A stretch of DNA of 60,784 nt, filler included, from Globobulimina sp. (Eukaryota), in the NCBI GenBank assembly GCA_003354225.1. It is 16 parts of 16 records of this genome, joined end to end, with 100 filler letters (N's around TTAATTAATTAA, not from the genome) between each part and the next. Parts side by side here need not be neighbours in the genome. Positions count along the whole stretch, not along the records: positions 1 to 3,711 come from PIVH01002223.1; positions 3,812 to 7,522 come from PIVH01002224.1; positions 7,623 to 11,332 come from PIVH01002225.1; 13 more parts are not named here. The stretch is one strand, 5' to 3'. A program made the translations under genes and the position numbers. This document shows, piece by piece, positions 1 to 11,432 of this stretch. The notes below the pieces were generated by a model. That model was not told where the DNA came from and made no database searches. It saw only the letters and a list, made by a program, of their open reading frames with translations. Each line of letters starts with the position of its first letter. Within the stretch, counting starts at the first letter, position 1.

Positions 1-118
1 TTCCGCACTTGTAAAAACTGTTCCGCAAAATCACAACTTTGCACTTTGACTTTTCCGCAATGATTGTTCCATAAAACATAGCAAAAACTCCGCAACTATG
101 TTCCGCAAAAATAGTGCC
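1..118. repeat. TTCCGCAA-rich dispersed repeat end
   Basis: Five (T/C)TCCGCA units in 1-110. 84-118 (aaaactccgcaactatgttccgcaaaaatagtgcc) closely matches 26440-26474 on another contig. Confidence 0.6.
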
Positions 119-611
119 TCAATCCACGTGCTTCAATCCATATAAATCTTATGATGACACTTCAATGTCATATACAATGTCATCATCATATTTATTCAAA
201 TCAAAATCATATTATTTCTTTCTTTGAATTTGGTGCTTATTACCACCAAATACATTTTCCCATTTTTTATTCTCAATATCAATCGCATCTGTGAGCAATG
301 TGGTTGGTCCTTCCTATCCAATAGACGAAAGAAAAACTGTTTGTGCCATTAAAAAAAAACACGTTAGTCAGTTATTTAGATCTATTATAAAGGCAAAGTG
401 ATTTTAAACTTTTTCTGTTTCAAATAAATGCTGTTCTAAAGTATGCGATTGATTTCTTAGTGTTTTGAAGAAGTATTGCACTGTTTTGAAGAAGTATTAC
501 CTTTTTGGAGATTTTGTAAAAAAATAATAGCAGTTTTTAAACTCCTAAAAAAACAGCTTAGTTTAAAGTTAATGACAACCTGAAACAGTTTCAAGAATAT
601 TTCCTAACGGT

Positions 612-2456
612 ATGCATCCACATATTCCAATTCAACCAATCCAAACACATGGAATACCTCAAAATCATGGCCATGCTCCACCACCACCACCACCTCCACC
701 TCCACCACCACAATATCCTAATCCTTATGCAAATGCACCATTTATACCACAAAGAGCACCATATCCTGCTACAATTCATCCAATAAATGCAATAAATCCA
801 ATGATTCCTTCATTTGCTAATCCTTACCGTTTAGTTTATTTTTATTTTTATTTTTATTTCGGTGCAAGGATAAATGGATAAAATTGTAATTTTCTAATAT
901 AAAATAAAACAGAAGCAATAATTCAGAGAGCTTATCAACAAAAATGGGAACAAATCCAAAGAGCAAAGGTAATGCAAGAACTTGCGGCCCAAAAAGCAGC
1001 GCTTGACAATGCAGACAAAAGCATTGAAAAAGTAAACGCAGAAATAAATGATAACGCAGCGAGTAATGAAAAGAATGAAAATAGCAATGATAACAATGAT
1101 GATAATATTAATATTAATCGGGACGGCGTCTGTTTATATATCGGCAAATTATGTGGTAAGATAACGGATGAATTTTTCAATAAATTATTGAATGGTTGCG
1201 GTGTGGTTATAAAATGGAAGCGGATGAAGCAAACCTTTGGTTTTGTTAATTTCGAAACGGCAGAAGGTGCGCTAAGATGCATTAATTTAATGAATAATAT
1301 GACATTATATGACCAAATATTGACTGTATCTGCACCAAATAAATCAAAACAATTAATTGAAAAATACAAAAAAGGGCTGACAGTCATTCCCACTCCGAAA
1401 CCAATATCAATATCAATTCAAATTGAGTTAGAATTAAATGATAATAAAAATAATCGATCAAGAAATAAACATAGAAATAGCCGCAGTCGATCAAGGTCGC
1501 GATCTCGCTCTCGATCTCGATCTCGATCCAGAAATAAAATAAATAAAATAGATATAAATGATATAAATGAGAGAGAGAAGAAATACACGGAAGGATTGAA
1601 ACAAGTGCTTATTGCTGATGATAGGGATAGCGCTGCCAAACAATTCTTAATTTCTATCATTGTGGAACAATATAAAATAGATAATAATAATAATAATAAC
1701 ACAAAAATAAAGGCAAAGACAAAGACAAACCATCGACATGAACATTACCACCATGTCCATCATCAACGTCGACCGCGGCCTCGGCCTAAAACTAAAAATA
1801 AAAATAAAAATAAGGTTAAAGCTAAACATAAACATAAACATAAATCGATACCAATAGCAACAGCAACAGCAACAGCAACACCAACAGCAACACCGACATT
1901 GACATCAAGCGATAATAATAATTCGTTATCATTTGGATTTAAAGCAAACAATGCCTGTTTAGCGGTGGCCAAAGTGTTTGAGGTAAATAGTAAGAAAAAG
2001 GAGGATGAGGATGAGAATGAGAATGAGATAATGGACATTGATATGAATGACATGGAGATGGAGATGGCGATGGAGATGGATATGGATAGTATTACCGAGA
2101 TAGAAAAGAAAGAAAAGAGAGAAATAAACATCCGATCAGCTCAAGATATTGTTGGCTTAATACCAAATACACAGCGTCAGCTATTTAGTTTTGATATTGA
2201 TTGGAAAATGGTGGATAAAGGAGAGATCATTGAAAATGTAATGAGGAATTGGTTAAATGACAGATTTCGCGAATATTTGGGTCAGGAAGAAGATGTTTTG
2301 GTAAATTTTGTTGTCGAACTATTAAAAAAACATAACTCCGGAACAAAAGTTGTGACTCAATTAAGAATGGTTTTAGATAAAGACACTGAACAGTTTGTGC
2401 AAAAAATGTGGCGAAGACTCATTTTCGAGACACTCAAAGCAATTCATAATGTTTGA
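612..2456 (+). CDS. RBM25: RBM25/Snu71-like splicing factor (Pro-rich, RRM, RS, PWI), 2 exons
   Basis: Exons 612-828 and 913-2456 join in frame across GT-AG intron 829-912. RRM (LYIGKL..FGFVNF), RS dipeptides, C-terminal PWI (LFSFDIDW..EYLGQEE..FVQKMWRRLIFE). Confidence 0.85.
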
Positions 2457-2530
2457 AAGAGTTTTATCACATATTGTAATCCCAATGTTCTTTTCTTTTT
2501 TTTTTTAAATATATCCTTGCACTCAATAAA

Positions 2531-2971
2531 TTAATCAGAATCATCATCAGAATCATAATCACTGTCTGGTAAATATTGTGTTACCACATGTAATAACTGG
2601 TCCATATCCTCTTGGTTTGGGAATTTTGTGTCACATTCATTGATTATTGAATATAATAATGGTTCTGATGTTGGATGCAAATTAATTATTTGCAATTTTT
2701 CAAGTCTCGTCAAATTTTTGTTAGTATCAATTTTATTTATTTCACTTAATAAGTTGTTAATGTCATTACGAGTTTGATTTGAAGCACATGTTTCCATCAA
2801 ATAGGATTGCACTTCTTTTCCGATCCATATTGTTGGATATAATTTATGTGTCTCAGGCATTGCTTGCTTGTATTCTTTTTGCATGTTTTCATGCCATTTT
2901 ATTTGCTTGTTTAATATCGTTAATACTTCGCAATTAGTTAAAGGACCGACATGCGTTTTTTTGATTTGCAT
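2531..2971 (-). CDS. RPC9: RNA polymerase III subunit RPC9/C17 (Rpb4 family)
   Basis: LTNCEVL and LTRLEKLQIINLHP..LYSIINEC motifs. ATG at 2971. Confidence 0.85.
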   Translation of the reverse strand: MQIKKTHVGPLTNCEVLTILNKQIKWHENMQKEYKQAMPETHKLYPTIWIGKEVQSYLMETCASNQTRNDINNLLSEINKIDTNKNLTRLEKLQIINLHPTSEPLLYSIINECDTKFPNQEDMDQLLHVVTQYLPDSDYDSDDDSD

Positions 2972-3072
2972 TCCGTTCAATGACTAGGTCACTTCAAAAA
3001 AAGTTTTTAATAGGATCGATGCACAAAGTAATGTATAACACTGATAGCCAGTACAACAACGTAATGTATAAC

Positions 3073-3711
3073 TCATACAATACCATGCTTGTCCGATGTT
3101 TGTTTCTCGTAACAGTTTACATTAAAATGTTTCTCAAATAAAAGTATTAATTTGTCAATCATATTATTTGCAAAATCATTAAAGTGTTTATTATCATTTT
3201 CATTTGTTAATTGTTTATTTATTTTCGAATTGGTGCTGGTGCTCTGGATGATATCCATCAGATTTATGACACTTTTATTTGATTCAGATATTCCACACGG
3301 AATTATTTTATTGAAATTCTTTAAATCAGTATTAATATTAAATGACAATCCATGGAATGTTTTCCATCGAGTCACTCCAATCCCAATTGCACATATTTTA
3401 TACTGTTTATTGTTAAATTTATCCTCATTTTTAACCCAAACTCCCGTATATTTCTCATCATGGTAACAATCAAAATTATAATCTCTTTTTAAATTGTATT
3501 CATTCAACAATAAATCGATAATTATCTCTTCTATTTTTCGTAAATACCAAAACAAATCTTTTTTTAAATGTGCTTTTTTTAAATCGAACAGTGGATAAAC
3601 AACTAACTGTCCATTACCATGGAATGTTACATTTCCGCCGCGATCGATTTTTTCAATCTCATTTTTATTAACATTGAAATTAATGTATTCATCAATATCT
3701 TTAAAATGTCG
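3073..3711 (-). CDS. lipB: Octanoyltransferase LipB/LIPT2, 5'-partial
   Basis: Frame open to the contig end. DRGGNVTFHGNGQLVVYP, TGVWV, KICAIG, FHGLSFNI and IIPCGI motifs. Confidence 0.92.
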   Translation of the reverse strand, partial: RHFKDIDEYINFNVNKNEIEKIDRGGNVTFHGNGQLVVYPLFDLKKAHLKKDLFWYLRKIEEIIIDLLLNEYNLKRDYNFDCYHDEKYTGVWVKNEDKFNNKQYKICAIGIGVTRWKTFHGLSFNINTDLKNFNKIIPCGISESNKSVINLMDIIQSTSTNSKINKQLTNENDNKHFNDFANNMIDKLILLFEKHFNVNCYEKQTSDKHGIV

Positions 3712-3811
3712 NNNNNNNNNNNNNNNNNNNNNNNNNNNNNNNNNNNNNNNNNNNNTTAATTAATTAANNNNNNNNNNNNNNNNNNNNNNNNNNNNNNNNN
3801 NNNNNNNNNNN
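3712..3811. other. Artificial contig-concatenation spacer (first of 15)
   Basis: 44 N + TTAATTAATTAA (stops in all six frames) + 44 N. Identical spacers at 7523-7622, 11333-11432, 15143-15242, 18952-19051, 22757-22856, 26562-26661, 30367-30466, 34171-34270, 37974-38073, 41777-41876, 45579-45678, 49381-49480, 53183-53282 and 56984-57083. Contig lengths fall monotonically from 3711 to 3701. Confidence 0.98.
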
Positions 3812-3813
3812 TT

Positions 3814-6624
3814 CAAAAATATAATTTTGCCCCGACCAATGACAGCAACTCCGGCAACGCTTCCAATCCGACCGATGACTATGCGGCAATCGATGCAGTT
3901 CCATCCAATCCGACTGACACCACAGACGGCGACACCACTGACGAGGACGTGAAACGGGAGGAAAAACAGCCGGAACTGTTACGCAATTCCGATGACCAGA
4001 AATTCCAAGCCATATGGAATGAAAATATCAAATTAGAATCGCAATTGGCAGAGTTACGCAGCATATTGATGTCGTGCATAGATTCGAGCATTGAGGGACA
4101 AGCACATTACGTCCAATACGAATTAATGAAACAATACTTACCGTCGCATTCCACCGAGGTGGACTATCGCGGCATCAATGTGTTGTCGTTGGTGCATAAG
4201 ATATTATATAAAGCCAAGTTTGCGCGCGATTTATTGGAGCGATTCTACGCCAATCCGTCCTCGTCGCTGCTACAAAACCCGAACTTAGCCAGCAATGCGC
4301 ATACGTTATGTCCCATGATCTTGTCACAGGAGAATTATATCCGTGCCATACAGGAAGGATTGCTAACCATTGCCAGCGACGACGATGAGACATGGAAGCA
4401 AAAGGTGTTACGATTTGAGACGTCGAAATTTAAAAAAATGCTCGAGACGTACTCAGAGTTATTGACCTGTATCGAGACCGCGGGCAAAACGAATGAGCTC
4501 AATTTCGAGATTGACAAATTAGTGGAACACGAAAACGTATTAAAAGCATACGTAAACAAGCAATTTGAGCCGTATTCGCCAGAGAGACCACGCAAAGACG
4601 AATACCGCTGTAGCAAAAATATTGTATTACAGAATATATCTGAAACGCATTATAGATTTCAATCTTTGTCCATCAAATTAAACCAATTCAATGCCAAGTT
4701 GTTTGATTTGGTGCATACGCCGGCTCAGACCACCAAAGCTATCGTCGTAAAGGAGAGCCGGCTCAGACCACCATACGCCGGCTCAGACCACGAAAGCGGC
4801 TCAGATGGCGACGGTACCGGAGAGGATGTGGAAGAAAGCAAATACGACGAAGAAGCTGCCGCCGCTGCGGCGGAGCATGAGGAGAATATCGAAAACGTGT
4901 TGAAAATACTCAAAATCGGCGCCGTGGAGAAGTTATTCCGTCTACGCAATGATGTGATATCCTCCACATCGCAGATATTGAAATATTGCCAACCCGTCGA
5001 GTTAGGATACGGCCGCGACAAATATGGCTTAAATTACCTACGCGACGGCAACAAAACTGCCATAAAATGGGCCTCGTTGAAAGCCTGCAAACATATCTCG
5101 TTCAAGGCAGTGCAACGCGTCACGTTGATGTTGGAGAAGATCAATGAACAGGTCAAGGTTTACCAGCTCCCACGGAAAAGAGTGGAGATTGTAAACAGGA
5201 TCATTGAGGAGGAAGAGGAGCAGAATGAGGAGGGCTTGATCACATTATTGGAGCGTGCGTATGATATCATCTCTGACGTTCGCAAAATAATCGGCTCCAC
5301 ATTGCATACAACCATCTCGAATACGGACAATATGCCGCCGCATTCATACGAAACCTTCCAAGCGCCGTATTGGGAGATAAAGTCGAGTAAATTCCGCGTT
5401 TTGTTCGAAAAACAAAAGGAAAATCAGGACAAGATCCAAGAGCAAGAAAACACAATTCACGAAAACCACAATGCAGTGTCGCAGATTGAAAAGGAGTTGA
5501 AATCGAAAAACCAGACTATTGTGATATTGACGGAACAGAATATCCAAGAAAGGGAGAAGTCGGTGAAATTGGTGCAAACTGAGCAGAAATGCAACCATTT
5601 GATTGACAAAAACGAGAAGTTTAAGAGTGAAATTTTGAATTTTACGTCGAAAGTCTCTGCGCAAAATGAAGAGATTGCCGCGAAATCGGCCGCCATTGAA
5701 AAGTATAAAAAGGCCATTTCGAGGATCAAAGAGAAAGAGTCGCCGTTAGGTCCCAAGCAAATCAATCGCGAAGAAAGCAAAATGAGTGGAGGCGTTGCTG
5801 GCGATGTCAAGGGAGCGCGCCATGGCACATTGTTGGTGGATAACGAGGTGGAATATAGCTCATTGTTGCAACAAACGATACAGTCATTGCGGCGCAAATT
5901 GAGTGAATTGATGATATCGAAGAAAGTTATAAATTGTAATATTAATTTAAAGCCATTGCCCTTCACGTTGATGAGAGAGAAAGTTATACAGAATTTGCAC
6001 AATAAAATTAAGAGTAAAAAGGAAAATAAGCATAAAAAAAAACGGAAACGTGTCAGGATTAAGAAAGAAGAGGAGAAGAAAGAGGATGATGATAAGGAGG
6101 AGGAAGAAGAGGAAGAGTCTGAATATGAATGGGTGACAGATGAGGATGGCGAGGATGAGGAGGCGGAGTTGGATGGGGATGATAGTAAAATGAATGAATT
6201 GTTGATGAAATTGCAACGGGAAAAGGAGATAAGTGAGGAAATGGAGAATAATTTGTCGTCGTTGAGCTCGTCTTTGGATAATATAATATCGACGCCGTTG
6301 ATTATTGACTTGACGGCGAAGAGAAAGAGAAACAATGATTTGTCGCAACAGATTATTGGGAGACAAATGAAATTAAGAGATGTTGGAATTAAATGTCAAG
6401 AAATTAAAAATAATTTGAAAAACTTAAAAATAAAACAAGAGATTGATGACAATTTAAATATAGAAAAGGACGGAAAAGAAAAAGAAGTGGGCCATTTGGG
6501 GGATATTTTGGCAAGAATAGAAATTCCAAATTCTAGCCTTAAATCATTGGGATTTGATCAAACACAGAAAGTTTTATTGCCGACAAAATCATTTCATACG
6601 TTACAAAATTCATTTTTATGGTAA
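3814..6624 (+). CDS. DCTN1: Dynactin subunit 1 (p150Glued)-like coiled-coil protein, 5'-partial
   Basis: Frame open from the contig start. ELRS..QAHYVQYELMKQYLP..DYRGINVLSLVHKILYKA resembles the dynein-associated (Dynactin) domain, followed by long coiled coils. Confidence 0.6.
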   Translation, partial: QKYNFAPTNDSNSGNASNPTDDYAAIDAVPSNPTDTTDGDTTDEDVKREEKQPELLRNSDDQKFQAIWNENIKLESQLAELRSILMSCIDSSIEGQAHYVQYELMKQYLPSHSTEVDYRGINVLSLVHKILYKAKFARDLLERFYANPSSSLLQNPNLASNAHTLCPMILSQENYIRAIQEGLLTIASDDDETWKQKVLRFETSKFKKMLETYSELLTCIETAGKTNELNFEIDKLVEHENVLKAYVNKQFEPYSPERPRKDEYRCSKNIVLQNISETHYRFQSLSIKLNQFNAKLFDLVHTPAQTTKAIVVKESRLRPPYAGSDHESGSDGDGTGEDVEESKYDEEAAAAAAEHEENIENVLKILKIGAVEKLFRLRNDVISSTSQILKYCQPVELGYGRDKYGLNYLRDGNKTAIKWASLKACKHISFKAVQRVTLMLEKINEQVKVYQLPRKRVEIVNRIIEEEEEQNEEGLITLLERAYDIISDVRKIIGSTLHTTISNTDNMPPHSYETFQAPYWEIKSSKFRVLFEKQKENQDKIQEQENTIHENHNAVSQIEKELKSKNQTIVILTEQNIQEREKSVKLVQTEQKCNHLIDKNEKFKSEILNFTSKVSAQNEEIAAKSAAIEKYKKAISRIKEKESPLGPKQINREESKMSGGVAGDVKGARHGTLLVDNEVEYSSLLQQTIQSLRRKLSELMISKKVINCNINLKPLPFTLMREKVIQNLHNKIKSKKENKHKKKRKRVRIKKEEEKKEDDDKEEEEEEESEYEWVTDEDGEDEEAELDGDDSKMNELLMKLQREKEISEEMENNLSSLSSSLDNIISTPLIIDLTAKRKRNNDLSQQIIGRQMKLRDVGIKCQEIKNNLKNLKIKQEIDDNLNIEKDGKEKEVGHLGDILARIEIPNSSLKSLGFDQTQKVLLPTKSFHTLQNSFLW

Positions 6625-6877
6625 TTTATTGATTGATTGTGATTGATTGATTGTATTGTTGAATATACTTTTTTTGTTTTGTACTTTATATTTTCTTTTT
6701 TTGTTCTAATTTTTGTGTTGTCATAATTTATACCAAGCTCATCTCACAAGGAACCGTGTTAAAAAATGAGTTTATAGCACGGTTGCAACTGCGCTCAAAA
6801 ACTCTAAGCGAACTAGTCATTGCTAAATAATAATTATCAAGCGTTTTCACAGGAAAAAAAAATCAAACGTTCATGAG

Positions 6878-7000
6878 TATAATATATATACATATCAATT
6901 ATCAAACAGAAAAGGTATATATTAATTATATATATATATCAATTATCAACGATCGTTGATCCGAAAAAGATCGTTGATCCCAAAAACGTTGATCCTAAAA
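6878..7000. repeat. Short local direct repeats
   Basis: atatatat..atcaattatcaa occurs twice, and cgttgatcc-N-aaaa three times. Confidence 0.6.
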
Positions 7001-7027
7001 ACAACACAAAACGTATAAAAACAATGT

Positions 7028-7522
7028 CTAAACAATTTCAAGTGCAATATCTTTGGATGGATCAGCTGTAGCTTTATGTGTCGCTGCTGGACAAGTCACA
7101 GATGTGTTAGATATGTTGTTGACAATCACTGCAATATCTTCAGGGCGTTTTGTCACCAATTTAGTCCAACATTTAACGCACAACGAATCCATACAGGCAC
7201 ACAATGTGCCATAATATTTTTTAAATGGTTTATAACTGAGTACAACGCACAGCAAATTGCTATATATATTACATAATGTAATGTATGTCGATAACCATTT
7301 AATGCCCAAAGCTACAACGAACATATTTATACATGTTATTGAAATACATATCGACGTCAATACTGTTGCTTTGGTGATAGCGTGAACTAAAAATTCATCG
7401 TCGACAAATTGCAACGATTTGTAAACTTGAATTAATTTATAAATATATAATACCATCAATGATATCATCACAAGTATCAATCCCAACATGCCGAATATTG
7501 TTAATAATGCCGCTGTAATCGT
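7028..7522 (-). CDS. Multi-pass (7TM-like) membrane protein, C-terminal part
   Basis: Three hydrophobic helices ending LSYK..YY..LC..C. Same style as 34464-36089. Truncated at the contig end. Confidence 0.6.
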   Translation of the reverse strand, partial: TITAALLTIFGMLGLILVMISLMVLYIYKLIQVYKSLQFVDDEFLVHAITKATVLTSICISITCINMFVVALGIKWLSTYITLCNIYSNLLCVVLSYKPFKKYYGTLCACMDSLCVKCWTKLVTKRPEDIAVIVNNISNTSVTCPAATHKATADPSKDIALEIV

Positions 7523-7635
7523 NNNNNNNNNNNNNNNNNNNNNNNNNNNNNNNNNNNNNNNNNNNNTTAATTAATTAANNNNNNNNNNNNNNNNNNNNNN
7601 NNNNNNNNNNNNNNNNNNNNNNTTGAAATCATTAA

Positions 7636-9126
7636 TTAAATATAAAACATATAAAGACCACTCATAGTTAGCAATATGATGGGAATTAAAATGGATAAAA
7701 CACTCAGAGTCAAGAAATTATTACTTTTATTTTCTGCAAATAAACCTCCTTTTCTTTTTCTGTTTTTTTTGTCTGATTTGACAGCACTATTTGGGGCAAC
7801 AACGGTGGTCTTTGTCAATGCGGAAGGTAACACTCGTTGATTCACTGCGAGTTGTAATAAATCCCAAGGTGTTACTGTTTTGCTCTTGCAATTTGTATTC
7901 GGCTCTGGACTGTCAAATTCGCATTGTCTCCATTTCTTGAATGCATCCTTATAATTTGGATACAGATCTTCAAAGCGCAATTTCCAATCAATCAGTCCCT
8001 TTCCTTCAATTCGTTTGTACGCATTTGGTGGCAATTTGTCCCTCAACGCTTTGAAGGCGTCGCCAAAGAACCAAAAGGATGTAACAAATGGGTCATATTC
8101 ATGCTTCAATATAAACTCAACTTTTTGTGCATCGCCAACTTGTTTTGCTAACATTTGAGATAATGTCATTGCATTTTCGTCTCGATCTGCTGCACTTTCT
8201 TCCATTTCATATTGACTTAAACACCATCGATCTGCGGATATATGATAATAAATTAACTGCGCTTTATTGCCCGATTCACATTGGATGATTGCAGGAATTC
8301 CATTATTTATAGCTCTTCCTTTCTCGTTATCGTCAGTTCCGCCTTGCTCTGTACATAGTACTTCCGTACATTGTGCGCCTTCAATTTTGCCCTTGTCATC
8401 ACAGGTTGCGATTTGAGTGAACTTTTCTTTGTGAATATCCACAGTGAGATATGGGTATTGCATCTCATTTCTGTTTATTTATATTTATAACAATTAATAT
8501 ACAAAATATGTATGTCATGCGTCGGAAAAATATGTTAACTGTATGCAGGATTTAAGATTTTTATTACAAATTGATTCTGCTGCTTTGCATGGTATACGTT
8601 TAGAAATTTGAGCTCCACTCTCTTCCAAATCTTTCTTCTCTTTTTCTACCTCCATATCTCGTGTTGTTTCAACTTTTTCTACGGACCATCCACTTTTGCC
8701 AGGTTTTATTTCCTTATATTTGATTGTTTGTAATTTGTATTGATGTCAAGGAAAGGATTAGCACTTAACCACCCACTCCAATCTGCCCTCATGTTGCACG
8801 ATGCCGCTCATTGCCTTGTCCACTCGAAAGAAATTGTCACTGACACACAATAATTTGAAACCATTAAAATCAATCGGAGCCATAGTATCTTTTAATTGTG
8901 CTTTGTTGTTGAATATGTTCTCTGTTGGCAATGTTTTCATTTTATCAGCATACGCTGCACAATTCTTTTGCGAACACAATATTCCCATTACATTGCAATC
9001 ATACAATCTTTCCGTTTCCCGCACTGCTCCTTCATGATCATGGACAATTCGCCATCCATTAATATTTGCATTTTGTGTGCACTCAATGCCATACAGAAAT
9101 AGTATGCAAAGCAACAGAGAAACCAT
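7636..9126 (-). CDS. Secreted/type-I membrane Cys-containing hypothetical protein, 3 exons
   Basis: Signal peptide MVSLLLCILFLYGIEC and C-terminal TM. Exons of about 8770-9126, 8541-8712 and 7636-8470 join in frame via GT-AG introns. Confidence 0.6.
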
Positions 9127-9182
9127 TTGCGACCTACTATTTGTTTTTCACTTTGTTTTTCTCTACATTTTTGTCAGTCATA

Positions 9183-11332
9183 ATGCAAGCGGATGAGAAG
9201 CAAAAACACGCAGAATTAGATCTCAATGTTACAGCAAGCATTACGCTCACACGAGGATACAAATTGCCATTAGCAAAATTAACATTGTCTGGCTGCATCA
9301 ATCAATCAACAGATGATTCGAAAATAAATGATGTTAATAAAGTTATTCGAAGAGCGATTGTATTTGTTATTGATCGATCGTATTCAATGAATGGTGACAG
9401 AATAACGATGGTTCGCAATGCATTAAAACCGTTTGTTAAAGAGATTTGCGACGATAATAATACAATAATCAAATTAGTACTATTCAACAAAACAGTGGAA
9501 ACTGTCAACATTCCACGCGATGCAGTCTCTGCTCTGTCCATCATTGATAAACGTGTGTTTGCTTCAGGCGGCACAGATTTTCATGCCGCATCAATTGGAC
9601 TGGTCCAACAATCCATGGATATATTACAGCAATATCCGACCTCTCAGGTATATAAATTTATAGTTAATTTGCTGCAGAAATTTCTTTGTAAAATGTGAAT
9701 TATAAAATTAAAATATATGCAGTTAACAGTGATCATGTGCAGTGATGGCGAAGTTGGCAAACAAAATGCGGAAAAGGGCCATCTTCATTGGAAGACATTT
9801 GTCAATAATCATTACTTACAGCTTCACAAAATAGTGCCCTTTGTGGAGACTATAGGCATTTCAGCGGAGCACGATGCGGATGTTTTGGATGGATTCATTG
9901 TGGAGGATGCTGCAGGAAATTATTGCAAATGCACCACACTGCAACAAATTGGCGATGCTTTGGAGAATGCACAAAATGAAACCATGGGCAGAACTGCCAC
10001 CAAATTGTGTATTGAATTTCCGTTAAATGTTTGCAACGATATCTATGGCTATGATGCAGCGAACAAATTCCATTTACATGATTTAATTGTGACCGCTGAC
10101 GAATTTCAATCTATTTTTTGGATTTCCATGGATGAATTTGATGATAGCACCACTGGCGGGGACGGATTACATTTGATTGTCAATAAACAGGTTATTCCAA
10201 TCACAGTGAAGCAAGTCGTAAATGATAAAGAATGCCAATACGAAGCAATTGATTTTTATAACCAAGTCTTGAAAGATATGTTGCATATTTTACGCAGTAT
10301 CACAGACGCCGGAGAGCTAAAAGTGAGAGCCAAACAAATTGAAAATGAATTAAACAGTGATTACGGCGAAATATTTGAATTAATCACCAGTGCGCCGGCA
10401 GAAAAAGAGAAGTTACAAAAGGAAATCAAAGAGTTACTGAGAGTGCATCAGGACGACGATGAAAAGAAAGAAATTGACATCAAACATAGAGCAGAATTGA
10501 TGAAAAGATATAAAACAATGAACCGAATATGGAAGAAACACCGAGGAGTTGTTGTTGCCTTTCAGAATACATTGAGTTGCGTCAAAACATTGGTTCGAGA
10601 GATTATTTTGGGTCAAGTCAGAATGCAGGAGATCAGACAACATATTTTAGACTTACATTTTCGTAAAAAACATGCAAAACGAATCTCAAAATTGGTATTG
10701 ACGGAGGATCAATTAACAAAAAGACAGGCAGTCTATGATGGGATTGAGGCGCCGGCAAAGGAGCATTGTCTGGACATCACTGATGAAGTGGGCACCGGCT
10801 GTTATTTGTCCACATTAAGTAAACGCGAATGTGTGTTGGACGGCGATGCGTTGTGGATTTGTGGCCGTGTAAATAGATCCGGCGGCGCAGCAGTTAGCAA
10901 TCCGGAATTAGTCAAAATTGAATATATATCGCATGATTTAGTGAGTGATTCGTATTTCAAAATGGCGTTGGAAGCATTGGAAGGTGGAGCCATCGCAGAT
11001 AGTTCGCGGGAATTAATAAATGCGCGCTTATTCCCCATTTATGCCAATTTATGGCATTACAAAGCATCGAAGCCGTATTTAAATGAAGTATTGTCGCATA
11101 CATTGAGTGGCAGACTGGATATTCGCGTCGTAGATTATAACTCGTTGTATGCGGCCGTTGGATGTCTGATAAGTAGAAATAACTTGACATTTAAAAGTGT
11201 TTCGCGAATCTTGTATGAAATAATACCGTCATTTGAGTTGTTTTTAGCAAATACATTTAGTAAACCTTTTAAGTGTGATGGGCGTTATAATCGAGAGCCG
11301 GATTCCAGTGCAAAAAACAGAATTAAATTAGG
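9183..11332 (+). CDS. von Willebrand factor A domain protein, 2 exons, 3'-partial
   Basis: MIDAS motifs IVFVIDRSYSM, ASGGTDF and IMCSDG. Intron 9648-9722 joins ORFs 9066 and 9717 in frame. Confidence 0.8.
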
Positions 11333-11432
11333 NNNNNNNNNNNNNNNNNNNNNNNNNNNNNNNNNNNNNNNNNNNNTTAATTAATTAANNNNNNNNNNNN
11401 NNNNNNNNNNNNNNNNNNNNNNNNNNNNNNNN

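Noticed and set aside
5457-6366. Long antisense ORFs (also 935-2131, 56608-56940 and others)
   Set aside because: They are shadows of low-complexity or codon-biased sense genes and have no recognisable motifs.
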